A stretch of DNA of 63,893 nt, filler included, from Perkinsus chesapeaki ATCC PRA-425 (Eukaryota; Protista; Perkinsozoa): assembly GCA_013115145.1 (NCBI GenBank). It is 11 parts of 11 records of this genome, joined end to end, with 100 filler letters (N's around TTAATTAATTAA, not from the genome) between each part and the next. Parts side by side here need not be neighbours in the genome. Positions count along the whole stretch, not along the records: positions 1 to 30,904 come from JAAPAO010000430.1; 10 more parts are not named here. The stretch is one strand, 5' to 3'. A program made the translations under genes and the position numbers. The notes below the pieces were generated by a model. It saw nothing but the letters and a program-made list of their open reading frames with translations. It was not told where the DNA came from and did no database searches. This document shows, piece by piece, positions 11,859 to 27,400 of the stretch (position 1 is its first letter; each line of letters begins with the position of its first letter).

Positions 11859-13598
11859 ATGTTATCACTCCATTATGCCTCCTCAACAACAACAGCCGAC
11901 AGTAGTAGCACTACTACAGGTAGCAGTAAAGGCAGCAGCAGCAGCAGTCCGTACAGGTCGGCAGTGGATTCCCCCTTGTATAATAGTGATGGTGATCTAG
12001 AGTATGGCAGTGGAGAGCCAACAGCATCAACAGCAGCAGCAGCAGCAGCAAGAGCAGGGTTTGATAGTATTGATATCCCTCCACCTCCATCTAGGGACTT
12101 TGCTGTTGATTGGATAAGAGCTGGTTCTATTTATGCAGTAGTGTTTGTCCATACTACAGTAACAGTACAATGGTCCGTTAAGAATCTATCATCACAGGAG
12201 CTTGAAAAGATACAGGTTCTTATTAGACAGTATATGCAGTTTGGGTTAGGTTTATTCTATTGGGTATCTGGTGCAGCTTGTGGTCATAGTAAAGATACTT
12301 TCTGGTCTTTTCTATTAAAAAGATCTCAACGCCTCTTAATTCCCTTACTTGTAGGATACTTCCTTGTGGTAGTCCCTGATGCCTATATATCCCGTTCATG
12401 GCGTTATGAAGGGGAAGATGATAATATAGGTTTTTTCCATTTCTACTGGTCTACTATATCAACCTTTCGTGATGGTGTTGGTTGGCTATGGTTCCTACCA
12501 GCTTTATGGTTCCTGTCTCTAATAAACTATCCTATTATAGCATGGTTTAATAACCCCAACCATGACTTTTCTACCAACTCTATATTTCTCACAATCACAG
12601 CGCTTGTCTGCTTGTTCGGTCTTGGTGGATGTATCCTAGCTTTTTCCGAGGGCCCGTCTTGGACCCGTTGTCTCTGTGCTATACCAGTATGGCTACCTTA
12701 TGCTTATACAATCCTATTCCCAATAGGTAGACGCCTATTTACCATTGCCTGTAGTTTGATTTTGGTATTGGTTATGTTTGGTACTGGTGTTGGTGATCGT
12801 ACTGATCTTTGGTCTAACATGACATTCAGTATACTATTTTATAACTATTGGTACCTCTATGGCATTATATATACCTTTGCTGGCCATACACAGGAAGAGG
12901 CTCGTTACTATCCCCACTTCTCTCATTGGATAACAGCTCATCGTCCATTTGGGTATACCCTTATGCCTGAATCATTTCGTCGCCTAATTGGTACAGCTAA
13001 AGCATTTATTCTCATACTTTTAGCATCAATATCTACACCAACTCATAGAGAGAATGTTGGTTATTATTGGCGTTTTCCATTATATAATACTTGGGGACTG
13101 GTTATGTTATATGTTATAGGGGGATGGTGTTGGTTTTTATTAGTAGTGTATGCTGCAATGTTCCTGGATGGTGGCCTTAATACTGACTTTCCTTCTACTA
13201 TGGTATATCGCCAATCAGTCTATACTAATACTAGTCAACAACTGCCTACTAGTTCAACTGCCTACTCACGACTTAGCACTAGCGAGGAGCCAATCAATGA
13301 GTCGCCGTTACGCCAGACTAAAGCCGACCTATCTCCTGCTAATGGTGATGGTGGGGCTGTTGGACGGTTTAACTGCTGGGCAGAAACACTTGCGGGGCAT
13401 GCTGAAAAGGTTGGACTTGTTGTATATCTATTTCATTGGCTTTTTGCAGATATACTAACAGGATTGTTTGTGGTACCATTAGATATGGGATTCTCTACTG
13501 CACTACCTTTCCTTTACATTGGTTGTATCGTATGTTCATGGTGTCTCTATGCAGTTATTATTAGAGTACCAATCCTACGTCTTATATTTGCTGTTTAA
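11859..13598 (+). CDS. Acyltransferase family 3 (OpgC-like) multi-pass membrane O-acyltransferase, intronless, 579 aa
   Basis: RDFAVDWIRAGSIYAVVFVH, FYWVSG, KRSQRLLIP and WLWFLP motifs, with about 10 hydrophobic segments. Confidence 0.85.
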   Translation: MLSLHYASSTTTADSSSTTTGSSKGSSSSSPYRSAVDSPLYNSDGDLEYGSGEPTASTAAAAAARAGFDSIDIPPPPSRDFAVDWIRAGSIYAVVFVHTTVTVQWSVKNLSSQELEKIQVLIRQYMQFGLGLFYWVSGAACGHSKDTFWSFLLKRSQRLLIPLLVGYFLVVVPDAYISRSWRYEGEDDNIGFFHFYWSTISTFRDGVGWLWFLPALWFLSLINYPIIAWFNNPNHDFSTNSIFLTITALVCLFGLGGCILAFSEGPSWTRCLCAIPVWLPYAYTILFPIGRRLFTIACSLILVLVMFGTGVGDRTDLWSNMTFSILFYNYWYLYGIIYTFAGHTQEEARYYPHFSHWITAHRPFGYTLMPESFRRLIGTAKAFILILLASISTPTHRENVGYYWRFPLYNTWGLVMLYVIGGWCWFLLVVYAAMFLDGGLNTDFPSTMVYRQSVYTNTSQQLPTSSTAYSRLSTSEEPINESPLRQTKADLSPANGDGGAVGRFNCWAETLAGHAEKVGLVVYLFHWLFADILTGLFVVPLDMGFSTALPFLYIGCIVCSWCLYAVIIRVPILRLIFAV

Positions 13599-13922
13599 GA
13601 AGCAGTTAGATGATATTCTGATGTTATAATATTACATCACTCAGTATCAGTCCTAGCCTCAGCATTAGCCTTTGTCTGTATATCCTTGATAAGGCCGCCG
13701 GCATTGAGGCCACCGCCGCCGGACGATTATCTTATTCAACCCCTTTGGGAGTTTTATTCATAAATGATGATGACCGTGATGATGATGATGACGTTAATAT
13801 CCTACTTCTATATACTTATGTCTCATTGCTACTGTTGCTTACTCTTATTCCTACTATTGTGTTGCATGAACTATATATCAAAGTAAAAGCCTTGGCGGGT
13901 TGTTGATTATTATTTAATAATA

Positions 13923-15885
<1,963 letters not shown>

Positions 15886-16350
15886 ATCCATAGACATGAT
15901 GTAATGGGTCCGTGTTCATGGACTTGCTAATATAACAACAATAGTAATCCTCCTGCTGCTACTGCTGATGCTTTGATGAGGATAAGTATTATCCAACCAT
16001 CTTCACAGTTAACTAATACGTCATCCTCACGTCATAACCTTAGATGCCAGAAGCCACTTAAGATTGTGTCCTTAACTAACTCGGTTGAAAGATTGTCTGC
16101 ATTAACCTTTATTGATTGTATGCTACTACTACCATTGATAGATCTCTTTAATCTTGACAATTACATGTCTGCCAGTAACAGTTATCCCCCCTGCTTGGCT
16201 GACAGCAATAACAACGCTCCTCCCCCTTCAAAAAGATATTCGTGGGTTATCGTTATTAACTTCATCAGTTGTGTCTCGTCCTACTACTACTTCTACTGTT
16301 GTGTTGTTATTCTATCCCTCCCAATATCCATAAGGATTGCATATCCTTCC

Positions 16351-18401
16351 ATGTCTACGTCCATGTCATACGATGAACGTAGAGCAGCAGCAGCAGCAAG
16401 TCAACGCCGCCACCACCATCACCACCATCCTACCACTAGTATTGTACTACCAGCTAAGCGTAAAATACATGAAGATGATGATAATAATATAATAATAGAA
16501 CACCCTACTACAGTATCACCTGAATGGTTAGTTATAAGATTACATCCTCATTCTAACATTATTAATAATATAACATCATCATCATCCGGTAAATACCAGA
16601 TTAAGTAGGTATATCCTGCCTTGTCATAACTACCATACTACCATTCTTCAGCCTCTCTTGGCGAGATAAAACTCCTGTTCGTAAGGTCTTTAATTTCCTC
16701 AGAAGATCGTTGGGCCAATCAGGTAGCTCGCAATCAACCTTGTTGGAATCTTATTACTTATTATCCCTTGCGTTTAGTCCTGTCTAACAAGAAGCTCTAT
16801 CTGATGTGGAAGGGGGATCAAATACTTGCCCATGAAGATGTGGTAAATGAGGGAGGCCCATCAGGAGACATAACACTACAGCGGTCACTCGCTGGTGAGC
16901 AGTAAGATATTAACTTACAGTGGCCCTACTACTGGTGCAGAGGAATTCACAAAAGCCGTTACGAAGCCCTTTGAAACAGCATTCGGAGCTCATGACACTG
17001 CTGTGATATGTACACTTGTGTATGGCTTAATTAAAGAGGATCTGAGGTAGATATGATGGACCTTTGCTCCTCCTCCTCCTGCTTCTTATTATTGAAGTGT
17101 GCTCTCTTATAGGGATATAGCAATACAGACAGAACATGCTGGTGGTGTTGATACATTACACCCTATCACTAGCTCAGTTAATGAAGTAAGGCTGACAACC
17201 AATCTATAGTATATATATCTATTTGTTAGGGAGTGGGAATTAATAAAAGCGTTCAAGTAGATAGTAATGATGAAGAGCTCCTTAAGAGAAGCAGCAGTAG
17301 CAGCACTAATAATTCTGTGTCAACTGCTGCTGCTGCTATTGGTGTAACGCATGGCACTAAGAAGAAGAGTAAAGGGAAGAAGGGTGATGATAAAAAGGAT
17401 GAGCCACCACAGAAGAGGAAGCGTCGGCCTAAGAAGGGGGATGGGAAAGGAGTAGCAAAGAAGAGGAGGAAAACTAATGATATATCATCATTGGAGGGAG
17501 CTGATAGTGTTGATGTTATAGAGGAACTACCAAAGAGGAAGGGAGAATTGGGTAATGGAAAGGCGAAGGAGACGAGCTCGGAGATAGAGAAGCCAACGCC
17601 CTGTAAGGGTTCAGAGGAGACTGGGAATGGACGCCAAATGAATGATAAAACTAAGGGAAAGTCGAGCAGTGAGAAGGTCGAAGTTATTGAAGACAGTATT
17701 AAGGAGGGGGATAGTAGAGACCAACACATAGAAGGGTTGGACACGATAGCAGCAGCAGCAGCGGCGGTATCACCATTAACACATTTGATATGTCATATAC
17801 CAGAAGATGAACCAATTGAAGTTGACTATGGTGGTGAGGAAGAAGAGGAAGGATATGATAGAATGGATGATGTTGTTGTCGAGGCTGATGATGATAAATC
17901 CATAACATTCGAGGTGATGTAACCATTTTATTATGATATTAAACTATAACACTAGGAACCTCCGAATGGTGATGATCTCTTTGAAGATGAGGAGGAGGTG
18001 AAGGAAGATGACGGAGTAGATAACACCAATGCACTGGAGCAGGAGGACAGCGACAGCACTGATGTTCGTGGTGGTGCAAGCGGACAAAGCACAGTGGTGC
18101 TTCGACCAAGACCTAGACCTTTATCCCTTTCTAGTATAATCAGTGATTGTAGGCCGATAGAAGATGAGGAAGACAGGTAGTAATACATGCATTCTATTAT
18201 TGTATGCTTAGCTTCCTCAGAGCTGAGATGGAGGCTTCTCCTCCTATAAGTGCTGGAGACCTCGAAGGTGTTGTTATTACACCTTCCGACCATCCGCCTC
18301 AAACAACACGTGGAGCACCACCTGATGACAGCACTCAACATGGTGAAGAGGAGGACACGCAAGGATCCTTAGATATTACGGGTAGGCAGGCAGGCCGTTA
18401 A
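16351..18401 (+). CDS. Hypothetical Lys/acidic-rich, probably nuclear protein (spliced; ends uncertain)
   Basis: MSTSMSYDERR start within ORF 15973-16608. Exon 17233-17922 has NLS-like KRKRRPKK/KKRRK. Further acidic exons 17998-18401. Confidence 0.4.
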
Positions 18402-18977
18402 CAATAGATCAGCAGAATACATAGGGAAAGGCAGGTAGATACAAAAGAAGGGTGGGAGATACTACTGAATGGGAAGGAGTAGGAGGAGGAACTATCAGAC
18501 CAACTCATGAGTACTGTTGCAATTTTGACTACTACGCCGATAAGGCAAGTCATTATCTTATTCATCTTTGATAATGCTCCTTATCAGAAGCGAAGGGGAT
18601 CGGCGGCGGCTTTAACGATGGGGTTGATGAATGACAGTTACTCAGGCCCAGGTCAGAACTACCTTCAAGTTCGAGCATCTGTTATAGCACAGGGTAGGGG
18701 ATGAACAGTAGGGATTCACATTACTTTCGATACACTCATTACTTTGCTTAGTTGTGGATCGAACAAGTTGATGCTTACATTGCTGTATTTTGTAGGCTTT
18801 TAAATTGTTGTATGATAAATGCACGTGATTGATTGCTTTATCTCAAGTTGTGTACTATTCTACTGTAATGCTGCATGTAAGTATTGATTTTCTTAAATAA
18901 TTATTAGTCTTTGGTTATATCATTTCGCAAACTCACAATCCGACAATCATGAAGGAAAACATTTAATAACAGAAAAC

Positions 18978-19673
18978 TCATGGAGCTATATCCATCCTGT
19001 GTTGCCAATGCTGAGGGATAACCTCGGATATCTGTGAGATAAGTTGCAGTATCGATAACAAACAGCTCCTACCTGTTGGAGGGTCATCGTAACAACGTTA
19101 TGTTGCGTGTGATCCTTTGGATCGAGGCATCCAGCACAAACACATACCTTATCAAGGTTAAGAACCTTTGTTGAAACCACCCACTGGACCCTAATAACAC
19201 ATGCACTGTGCGATATGATGGTAGTCATAGTGAAGATACCTCACCTATTGTTCTCATCATAATATAGACTTAAACACGTTATACATCCTCGCTCTGATTT
19301 GAGACAATTCGCAGCCTGCTCTCCACCCGCGAAGCGTACTTCTTTTGCACCAAGCTGCCATAGATGAAGTGCAGCGGTGGCGGCGGCAAAGGGCCATCTC
19401 ACATTCTTAGCCAACTCCTTAAGGGATATACTTTCAGACTGTGCAAGTGTTACGAGGAATAATCTTTCCTTATTCTTCTTATCGTATAAGAATAGGTTGT
19501 GAGTGTCATGACCAAGAGGACGATCATCATCCCCGGCCTCTAAGAGAGATATGTTACACTCATCTTCAATGCCCCTTGATACTTCCAATTGGATCTTTGA
19601 TGGGTTCAAACCCTTTTTCGTACAAAGTGTCCCATAGTTTAGAGTCTGTATATCCATGCCTTGGGGACATCAT
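18978..19673 (-). CDS. YbaK/ProX-family aminoacyl-tRNA editing (PrdX-like) protein, spliced
   Basis: HDTHNLFLYDKKNKERLFLVT...LKELAKN|LGAKEVRFA...GCITCLSL matches the PrdX consensus KNLFLxDKK...LrFA...GxVT. Start MMSPRHG at 19673. Confidence 0.8.
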
Positions 19674-19781
19674 CTCACAACAAAGAGACAACTAGATTGC
19701 CTACTAAGCAACGCAATACGTTGAGTTCATGGCATAAGCACAATTCACATTAAAGCATTTAGACATATTTAAAAGGCATAA

Positions 19782-20974
19782 TCAAGTATGTCTCCTCAAC
19801 ACTTTTCTAGCGTAGGCCTGTGCATTGTTCTCGGCACGTGCCAGGTAACTTGATGGATGCATGAAGTAAGCTATAGCGAAGGCCATCAATAATAACTGAT
19901 AAACATTATAATGTAACAATAAACAACATCATCATCTGACTTACGTCCGCTGGTGGGGCCTGCAAGAATTTGGTGTCGACAAAAACTTCATCAGTTCCAA
20001 ACTTGGCATTGTAAGTGGCATTAAACATACCAGGAACGCTCCATTGACGATCCCAGTCTTGCCATTTATGATTGCTGAACTCAATGGGAAGATCTACACC
20101 GTTGATGGTCTAAAGAAAAGAGCACTAACCTTAACCGTCATATGATAAGGCATTTCCTAACCAGAGAATAGTAAACTTTCTTGATGGCTGATTTAGTATT
20201 CCATAATTCGGTCTTTGCGCCCCCGGCACCTTCGTTAATGGAGACTTCAACCTTAGCCTTTCCTTTTAACTGATATTAACAATAAACGTAGGTCGACGAA
20301 GGAATGCTATTTACTTTAACTTTAAGGTGGGCAAACTCTACACCTTGGGCATTGTAAAAGCGTGCCTCTCTTTTGGCTTTGAACTTTAACTTTACTTTCA
20401 ATTCATCGTCATCATCAAAACCGAATAGATCATCAAGTGAGAAGTCACTGAATATTGCAATATTAATAATGTAACATTGGCTTTTGACTATACCTATCAT
20501 CCGAATCATTCTCCCAATCAACTTCCTTTTTATAATCTTCATCCAGTTTACCAACTGCACATCGACCCAACACCTACAGAGCAACAACGAATGATTCAAC
20601 TCAATGCTGCTGCCCCCTACTACCTGACCAACCTTTTGTTCATCACGTATAAAGTTCTCCAGGGTGAACTCCGGATCGGAATCCCAGAAGCTACTTAATG
20701 ACCTAAATCGATATTATTATTATAATAGTATATCAACCCTCATATGTCTCATATATACCTTATATATAACCAAAGCTCCTTTTGAGTATTATATACATTA
20801 TATCCTTTTGATAACATACCAGCCTTCTTCACCTGATGACAATAGTAGCAGTATATGGTAATGATGACCTAGTGTTGTTGTTGTTGTTGACACTACTACT
20901 ACCATAAAGGAGTGCTCCTGGCCTAGCTGAGGGTCTGGTAGGAGAATACTTGGAGTAGAGGAACCACAACCCAT
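19782..20974 (-). CDS. Putative N-acylated (MGCGSS) protein, possibly Tubby-C/LURP-one/scramblase-like beta fold, spliced
   Basis: ATG GGT TGT GGT TCC at 20974. Beta-rich exons. Terminal helix PPAD|LLLMAFAIAYFMHP; stop at 19782-19784. Confidence 0.45.
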
Positions 20975-21168
20975 AGTAAAACCAATGCTAATGATAATCA
21001 AGGAATGTATGCACACAACATTATCAAGAATAATGATGATGATGTCATGATGATGATGTTGATGATAATCGAAACGAATTCATATATTATGTACCAGGCC
21101 TGCAGTACTACTACCACTACTAGAGCAAGAATAATATTAAATAATGTACGCCGCATAATAATAACAAC

Positions 21169-23851
21169 TTATTCTCTAACATTAACAATTATTGGTATAT
21201 CAACAACATTCACCCCTCCCTCCTCTTCCTCCTCCTCATCAGTATCATCATCTGTTCCCAGTGCATCATACAATGCTGACCTCTTAGCTGCCAATGCCTC
21301 ATCTAACTCCTTTAAGTGTTCCCTATTGATAATAATGGTTAATATATCTTTATTATTAACCTCCTCCTTATTACTTAACATATTCTAATTCCTTATGTTT
21401 TTCCTCTATCCGTTTCCTCTGTAACTTTACCTTCTCTTTTCTTCTATCCTTCCTCATTCTCCTATCTGTTTCAGCAGCCTACCAACAACAGCACTAACAA
21501 CAACAGACCAATAGCGTAATGAAGAAGATATTAACCTCATATTGTTGTAGCATAGATGTAGATGATGATGATGATGTTGTAGTAATAGGTGGTGCTGGTA
21601 ACCTTAGTGATGGTACCTAGTAGTAACATTATATAACCTTTACTAGGTATGTTATACTGTGGTGGATGATGATGCTGCTGCTGTTGGATCCTTAACCATC
21701 GTTACCCTTTCTGAAGCTACATCACTTGTTACTTCATCATCATCAGGTGGCGCAGCAGCAGCAGGTGCAGCCATAACATCAACAGGTCGTCTACATTAAT
21801 ATTAGTATTATCCATATTATTATTATTACCCATCCATTAGCTCCCATATAGGCACTTCACCTTTACCAATGCCAATTAAACTATTAGCTATGCTACCACC
21901 ACGACAACGACGACGAGGGCGACGACGAGGACGAGGCTGATGAGGTTGATGATGTTGATGGCTACTAGAATAACAACAACAACAGTGGAGATAATATACT
22001 GACTGTTGAATGAGCGCATCACCACAAGTAGCACCAGTAGTAGTAGGTTTACATATCTATATTATACTCATTACTAATATCATTATTGTTATAACTACCT
22101 CATTATCATATACTAAATCCCCATCATCATCATCATCATCATCATCTTCTGTGGTAAAACGTAGACTAGAGCCACTTCTAGTAAAGAAGGGGGAGGGGTG
22201 ATGATGACAGGTGATGGTGGTATTATGTACGGGGTACCCTACTGTAGGGGTAGTATTAACAGCAGCAGCAGCAGATACACCATTATCATAGCAACAACAC
22301 TTATGATGGTGTTGATGTTGATAGGAGGAAGATGAAAGTGATGATGATGAAGGTGATGATGATGATGTTGTTGAATGATGATGAGACTGCTGGTGCTGTG
22401 TATGACTTGGTATGTCGGCAGCAGCAGCAGCAGTTGAACTGGTATTAGGGTTATACCCTTCTTCCCCTTCACTCTTCATAGTATTATGTATATATGCCGC
22501 CCCCGCCCCCGCCCCCGCCGCTGTTGTAGTGATAAGCTGTGATAGGCTGATAAGTGGTATTAATAAGTAGTATTATTATCAGTTAACTTACTCATCCCTA
22601 ACACTATCAATACGTTGCTCTTGTGCCTTACCACTAAACAGCAGTATTATTGATGATAACCACTACAATAATCTACTTACAATACATCCAATTTATCATT
22701 TAACCTCTTCTCCATTGCCTCTAGTACAGGTTGTAATGATTGCATGAATAGCATACCATAACAATAATAATCAATATCACCATTCGCAGCTGCTGCCGCT
22801 GCTGCTGCGGTTGGTGGTGCTGGTGATGGTGTAATAGAATCTATTGAGGTATTCCTGGTATGCTGTATAATGGCAGCAGCAGGTGGTGGTGGTTGAAGTG
22901 CAGCAGCAGCTACTAATCCACGCTGGCATGTTTGATGATGATGATGAGGGATTGGCTAAGTAGCAAGTATAATAATATGAATGATAATAATAATATGTTT
23001 ACTTGGTCATTGGTATAACTTCTAGTCACAGGATAATAAGATACACTACCACTATTATGTGACGATGCTGCTGTGGCCGGTGATGATGATGATGATGATG
23101 ATGCTGGTGTTGTTCTCATTAATACTACACCACCACTACCACTACTAAGTGTTAGACCATCAATAACAGCAGCAGCTGCAGCATTAGCTGTTGATGGTGT
23201 TGTCCCTCCTCCTCCTGCTACTGCGGGTCTCCTCCCTCTAAGTGGTAATGACCTTGTTGATGATGATGTAGTAGATACACTACGTACTACTACCTACTAT
23301 CATAACAGTTAATAATAACAGTATATTCATAACAACATTACATTATTATTATTGCTAGTACTCAAGTCATAATAAGCTGGTGGTGATGATGATGCTTGTT
23401 GTTGTTGTTCTTCTGGTATATGACTACTACTATTGCTAACACTACCAATATGCCTTGGTAATATGATCCCATGATGATGATGTTCACTTGTTGATGATGA
23501 TACAGATAATAATGATGTACTAGCCCCTAAGGCTGTGCTACATGCAGCAGCTGCCGCCGCCCCTGATGCTGTTCTTGTAGATTCACGTACAGTATATGTA
23601 GTAGTAGCAGTAATACCGCCCCCGCCGCCGCCCCCACCACTATCAACAATACTAGATGTTATACTTGATGTAGCTGTTGTTGTTGTTGGTATGAGGTGAT
23701 GATTATGATGGGTATTATTATTATTGGGCGTATTATCACCAGAGATTGACCGTGTCATTGGGCTACTAGGATTGTTGTTGTTGTTATAAAACACAGATGA
23801 TGATTGAGGCGCTGGTGGTGGTGATACACCATACCCATACAAGTGATGCAT
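21169..23851 (-). CDS. Hypothetical low-complexity (H/T/A/S-rich) protein with coiled-coil C-terminus, spliced
   Basis: Series of minus-strand ORF pieces (23327-23971, 22057-22479, 21169-21381) separated by GT-AG introns. No recognisable family. Confidence 0.4.
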
Positions 23852-24405
23852 TATATAAGCTATTATATATAGCAAAATGCAATAATAAGAACAAGAAAGA
23901 TTGTTAGTGATGTATACTAGTAACAACGAGGTGGTGGTGGTGGTTATGATATTATTATGTAACAGCAACAACTCAACAACATCATATACTCATTATTTAT
24001 CGTATAGTGAGACGATGTCGCTATCAATAATAGTGATACTAATGGTGGAAGAGGGAGGGGTTATTGTTATCACACATTGATATCAGCAGCAGCAGTAGTA
24101 GTAGCAACACGAGTAATGGTAGTATTATCAATAACGTATGAGGAGAACAATAACATTAATAAGGCACTCCACTGGTGGATATAGGATTATATCTTTATTA
24201 TCAACAGTATTAAACTAAGGATTAGGGTAGTGAGGTATATAACTATGGGATTGATGTATAACTTCCATTGCTACTGCTGCTGCTGGTGGTGGTATTAGTA
24301 TGTATTGCTAATACAAGTTGAGTAGTATAATGTAATAATAGTATTCATTAACGTACTAGTATTATTATGATACATAATATTAACTTGAGTAGTATCACTT
24401 ATGAG

Positions 24406-27400
24406 CTAGCCACGACGTTTTACACGTAATATTCTTCTACCAGCTTTACCCGTAGGTTGAGCACCGAATGGATTTGGGCTACTACTACTACCAGCAGCAG
24501 CAGCACCAGCATTAGCTGTTGTACCTATTAATAAGAATACATATAATATTACTACTATTGTTACTACCCGATGCTTGTGTTGGCATAGAGAAGGTTGATC
24601 CACTACCACCAAACATACCTCCTCCTCCTCCACTACTACCAGGTAGAGCATTGCCAAATATACTACCACCAGCTGCTGCTGCTGCTGCTGGAGTAGGAGA
24701 AGGAGCAGAGGTTGTTGTTGTAGTATCTATGGCTAATGATAAAGCATCATCAAGTATTATAAACCTATTACTGTTATTGTTAGTACCAAACATAGAGGAG
24801 GCAGAGGCAGCATTACCAAAGATACCACCACTGTTTGTAGTATTACCAAATAGATTACCTATTTATTAAATAAGGTTACCATACTGTCATACACTACTAC
24901 TACCTTGGGGCTGTTGTTGTGGGGTGGTAGTACTACCAAATGGACTAGCACCAAACATACTGCTACTACTACTACTCTGTGGGACAGTACCAAAGATAGT
25001 ACCTTATACATAATATGGTCATAATATATATAGTATTATTACTACTACCAGATGAGGAGGAGGAAGATGCTGCTGCCGGCTGCTGCTGCTGGAATATACT
25101 GCTACCTGTTGTAGAACCAAAGATGGATGATGATGGAGCACCGAATAAACCACCACCACTAGCACTAGTAGAGGATGCTGATGATGGAGCACCGAATAAA
25201 GAACCTGATAAAGTTAGGTATAAAGCTGGAGCAAGAAGAGGAGGAAGCCTACTACCTCCACCACTACTTCCTGTTGATTGCTGTTGTTGTTGAGATATAC
25301 CGAATATACTAGTACTACCTACTCCAGACCCTCCTCCTCCTCCTCCACCACCAGCACTACTACTACCAAACATACTACTACCACTACTACTGCTAGGTAC
25401 ACTGAATATACTGCCACCAGTAGTGCCAGTTGGTGTAGTAGAACTACTACCAAACAAACTGCTGCTGTTAGAGGGTTTATCAGTAGCAGTAGGTAGGGAG
25501 AAGATTGAAGAAGAAGAAGAACCAACAGATGTGCTAGTGTTATTGGTAGTGGCAGTGTTGGCAGCACCGGCAGCAGCACTACCAAATATACTAGTAGATG
25601 ATGGAGTGGTAGTAGCATTACCAAATATACTAGTACCTAATATAATAATATATACTACAAGGCGATACGTAAATCATTACTTGGTTTGGTAGCATTATCA
25701 GTATCATCTTTAGCAGTAGTATTACCAAATATACTACCACCACTAGTGGCCGGTGTACTAGTAATATTACCAAATATACTACCACCACTAGTGGCCGGTG
25801 TACTAGTAATATTACCAAATATACTACCACCAGTAGATGATGATGATGAAGAGGATGTAGCACTAGTACCAAATATACTACCAGTATTACTACCAGTAGT
25901 GTTTGATATGTTACCAAATATGCTACCGGCGGTGGAACCTAATATGGTCGAGTTACTGTACCTAGATATACCATAATTAGTATTACTCTTATTATCACCA
26001 CCGGATAGAGCTGCTGATGCTGATGCTGCTCCACTACTAAAAATACTACTACCACTACTGCTGCTGCTAGTAGACGATGCTGCATTACCAAATATACTAC
26101 CATCTAAAGAGGGATGATGTTGGTAACCTACTTGTCGATATTCTACCTGTGTTGCTTGGTTTCGTGGTCGATAATGAACCTTGAGTAAAGTTGTTGTTCT
26201 CCTCATCACTATCACTATCATCATCATCAGCATTAGGTGCAAAACCATCATCATCAAAGAAGTCAGCATCACTAACCTATACCCCATCAGTAGTTACTAG
26301 TATTATAATTATTATCAATAGTACTATAGTACCTTAGTTGGATCACCCCATATAAAGCCACCAGTCTTAGGAGGAGAAGAGTCTTCATTAGTATCCACCT
26401 CCTTCTTATTCTTCTTCACCTCAGCTGCAGCTGCTGCTGTCGTTGTTGCTGTTGTTGTTGTCGTCGGTTTATCCTCCTTGTTAACTGCTGTTACCTCCTC
26501 TACACTACTATCCTCATCATCATCAGGTCTAGTCCTTTTTCCCTTCTTATCACCAACTGGGGCAGGGGGTGCGGGTGTAGTATTAAATATAGATGATGAT
26601 GCCGATGTATTGCCGAATATACTACTACTACCACTGCTACTAGTAGTAGAGGATGCAGGTGGTGGTGGGTTGGTGGGTGATGAGAATATAGATGTTGTTG
26701 TACTAGTGGCAGAAGCTGTTGGCTTTGAGGATGTGCCATCCTCATTAATACATTTATCATCCTTGGTAGCGGTTGATGGCAATGCAGCAGGAGCAGCAGT
26801 AGCAGCAGTATTACCAAATATACTACCACTACCACCGGTGACGGTTGTGGTACCAAATATACTACTACCACTACTAGTGGCAGGAGCAGTAGTGTTAGTA
26901 CCAAATATAGACGTTGTACCGCTACTACTACTGCTTGATGATGGTGATGACAATGCAAATATAGATCCTCCTCCTCCTCCTTGTCCTCCTCCTGCTGTGG
27001 TCTTACTCTAATATATAACAATATATATTATTATAATATATATATTACCTTCATATCACCCCCCTTATCCTCTCTGCACACTTCCTTAGTACTACTACTG
27101 CCTCCAATGCCTAGTGTACTACCATTACTCCCACTACCACCAGCATCACCGAATAGAGGGCCTGATGATGATATCTAATAGTACTTGTATTATATTATAT
27201 TACTTTTACTACTACTACTACCAAACATAGGTGAATGTGTTTCCTTAGTTTGTATACCCTCTGTTGTTGTTGGTAATGCTGCTACTGGTTGTTGTTCTTT
27301 ACCACTTCGTTCCCCTTCTTGTTTATATGATGATGCTATTAGTAGATCAGATAAGCTCTTCATTCCAGTATGTGTATTGCTATTATTCCTATTAATTGCC

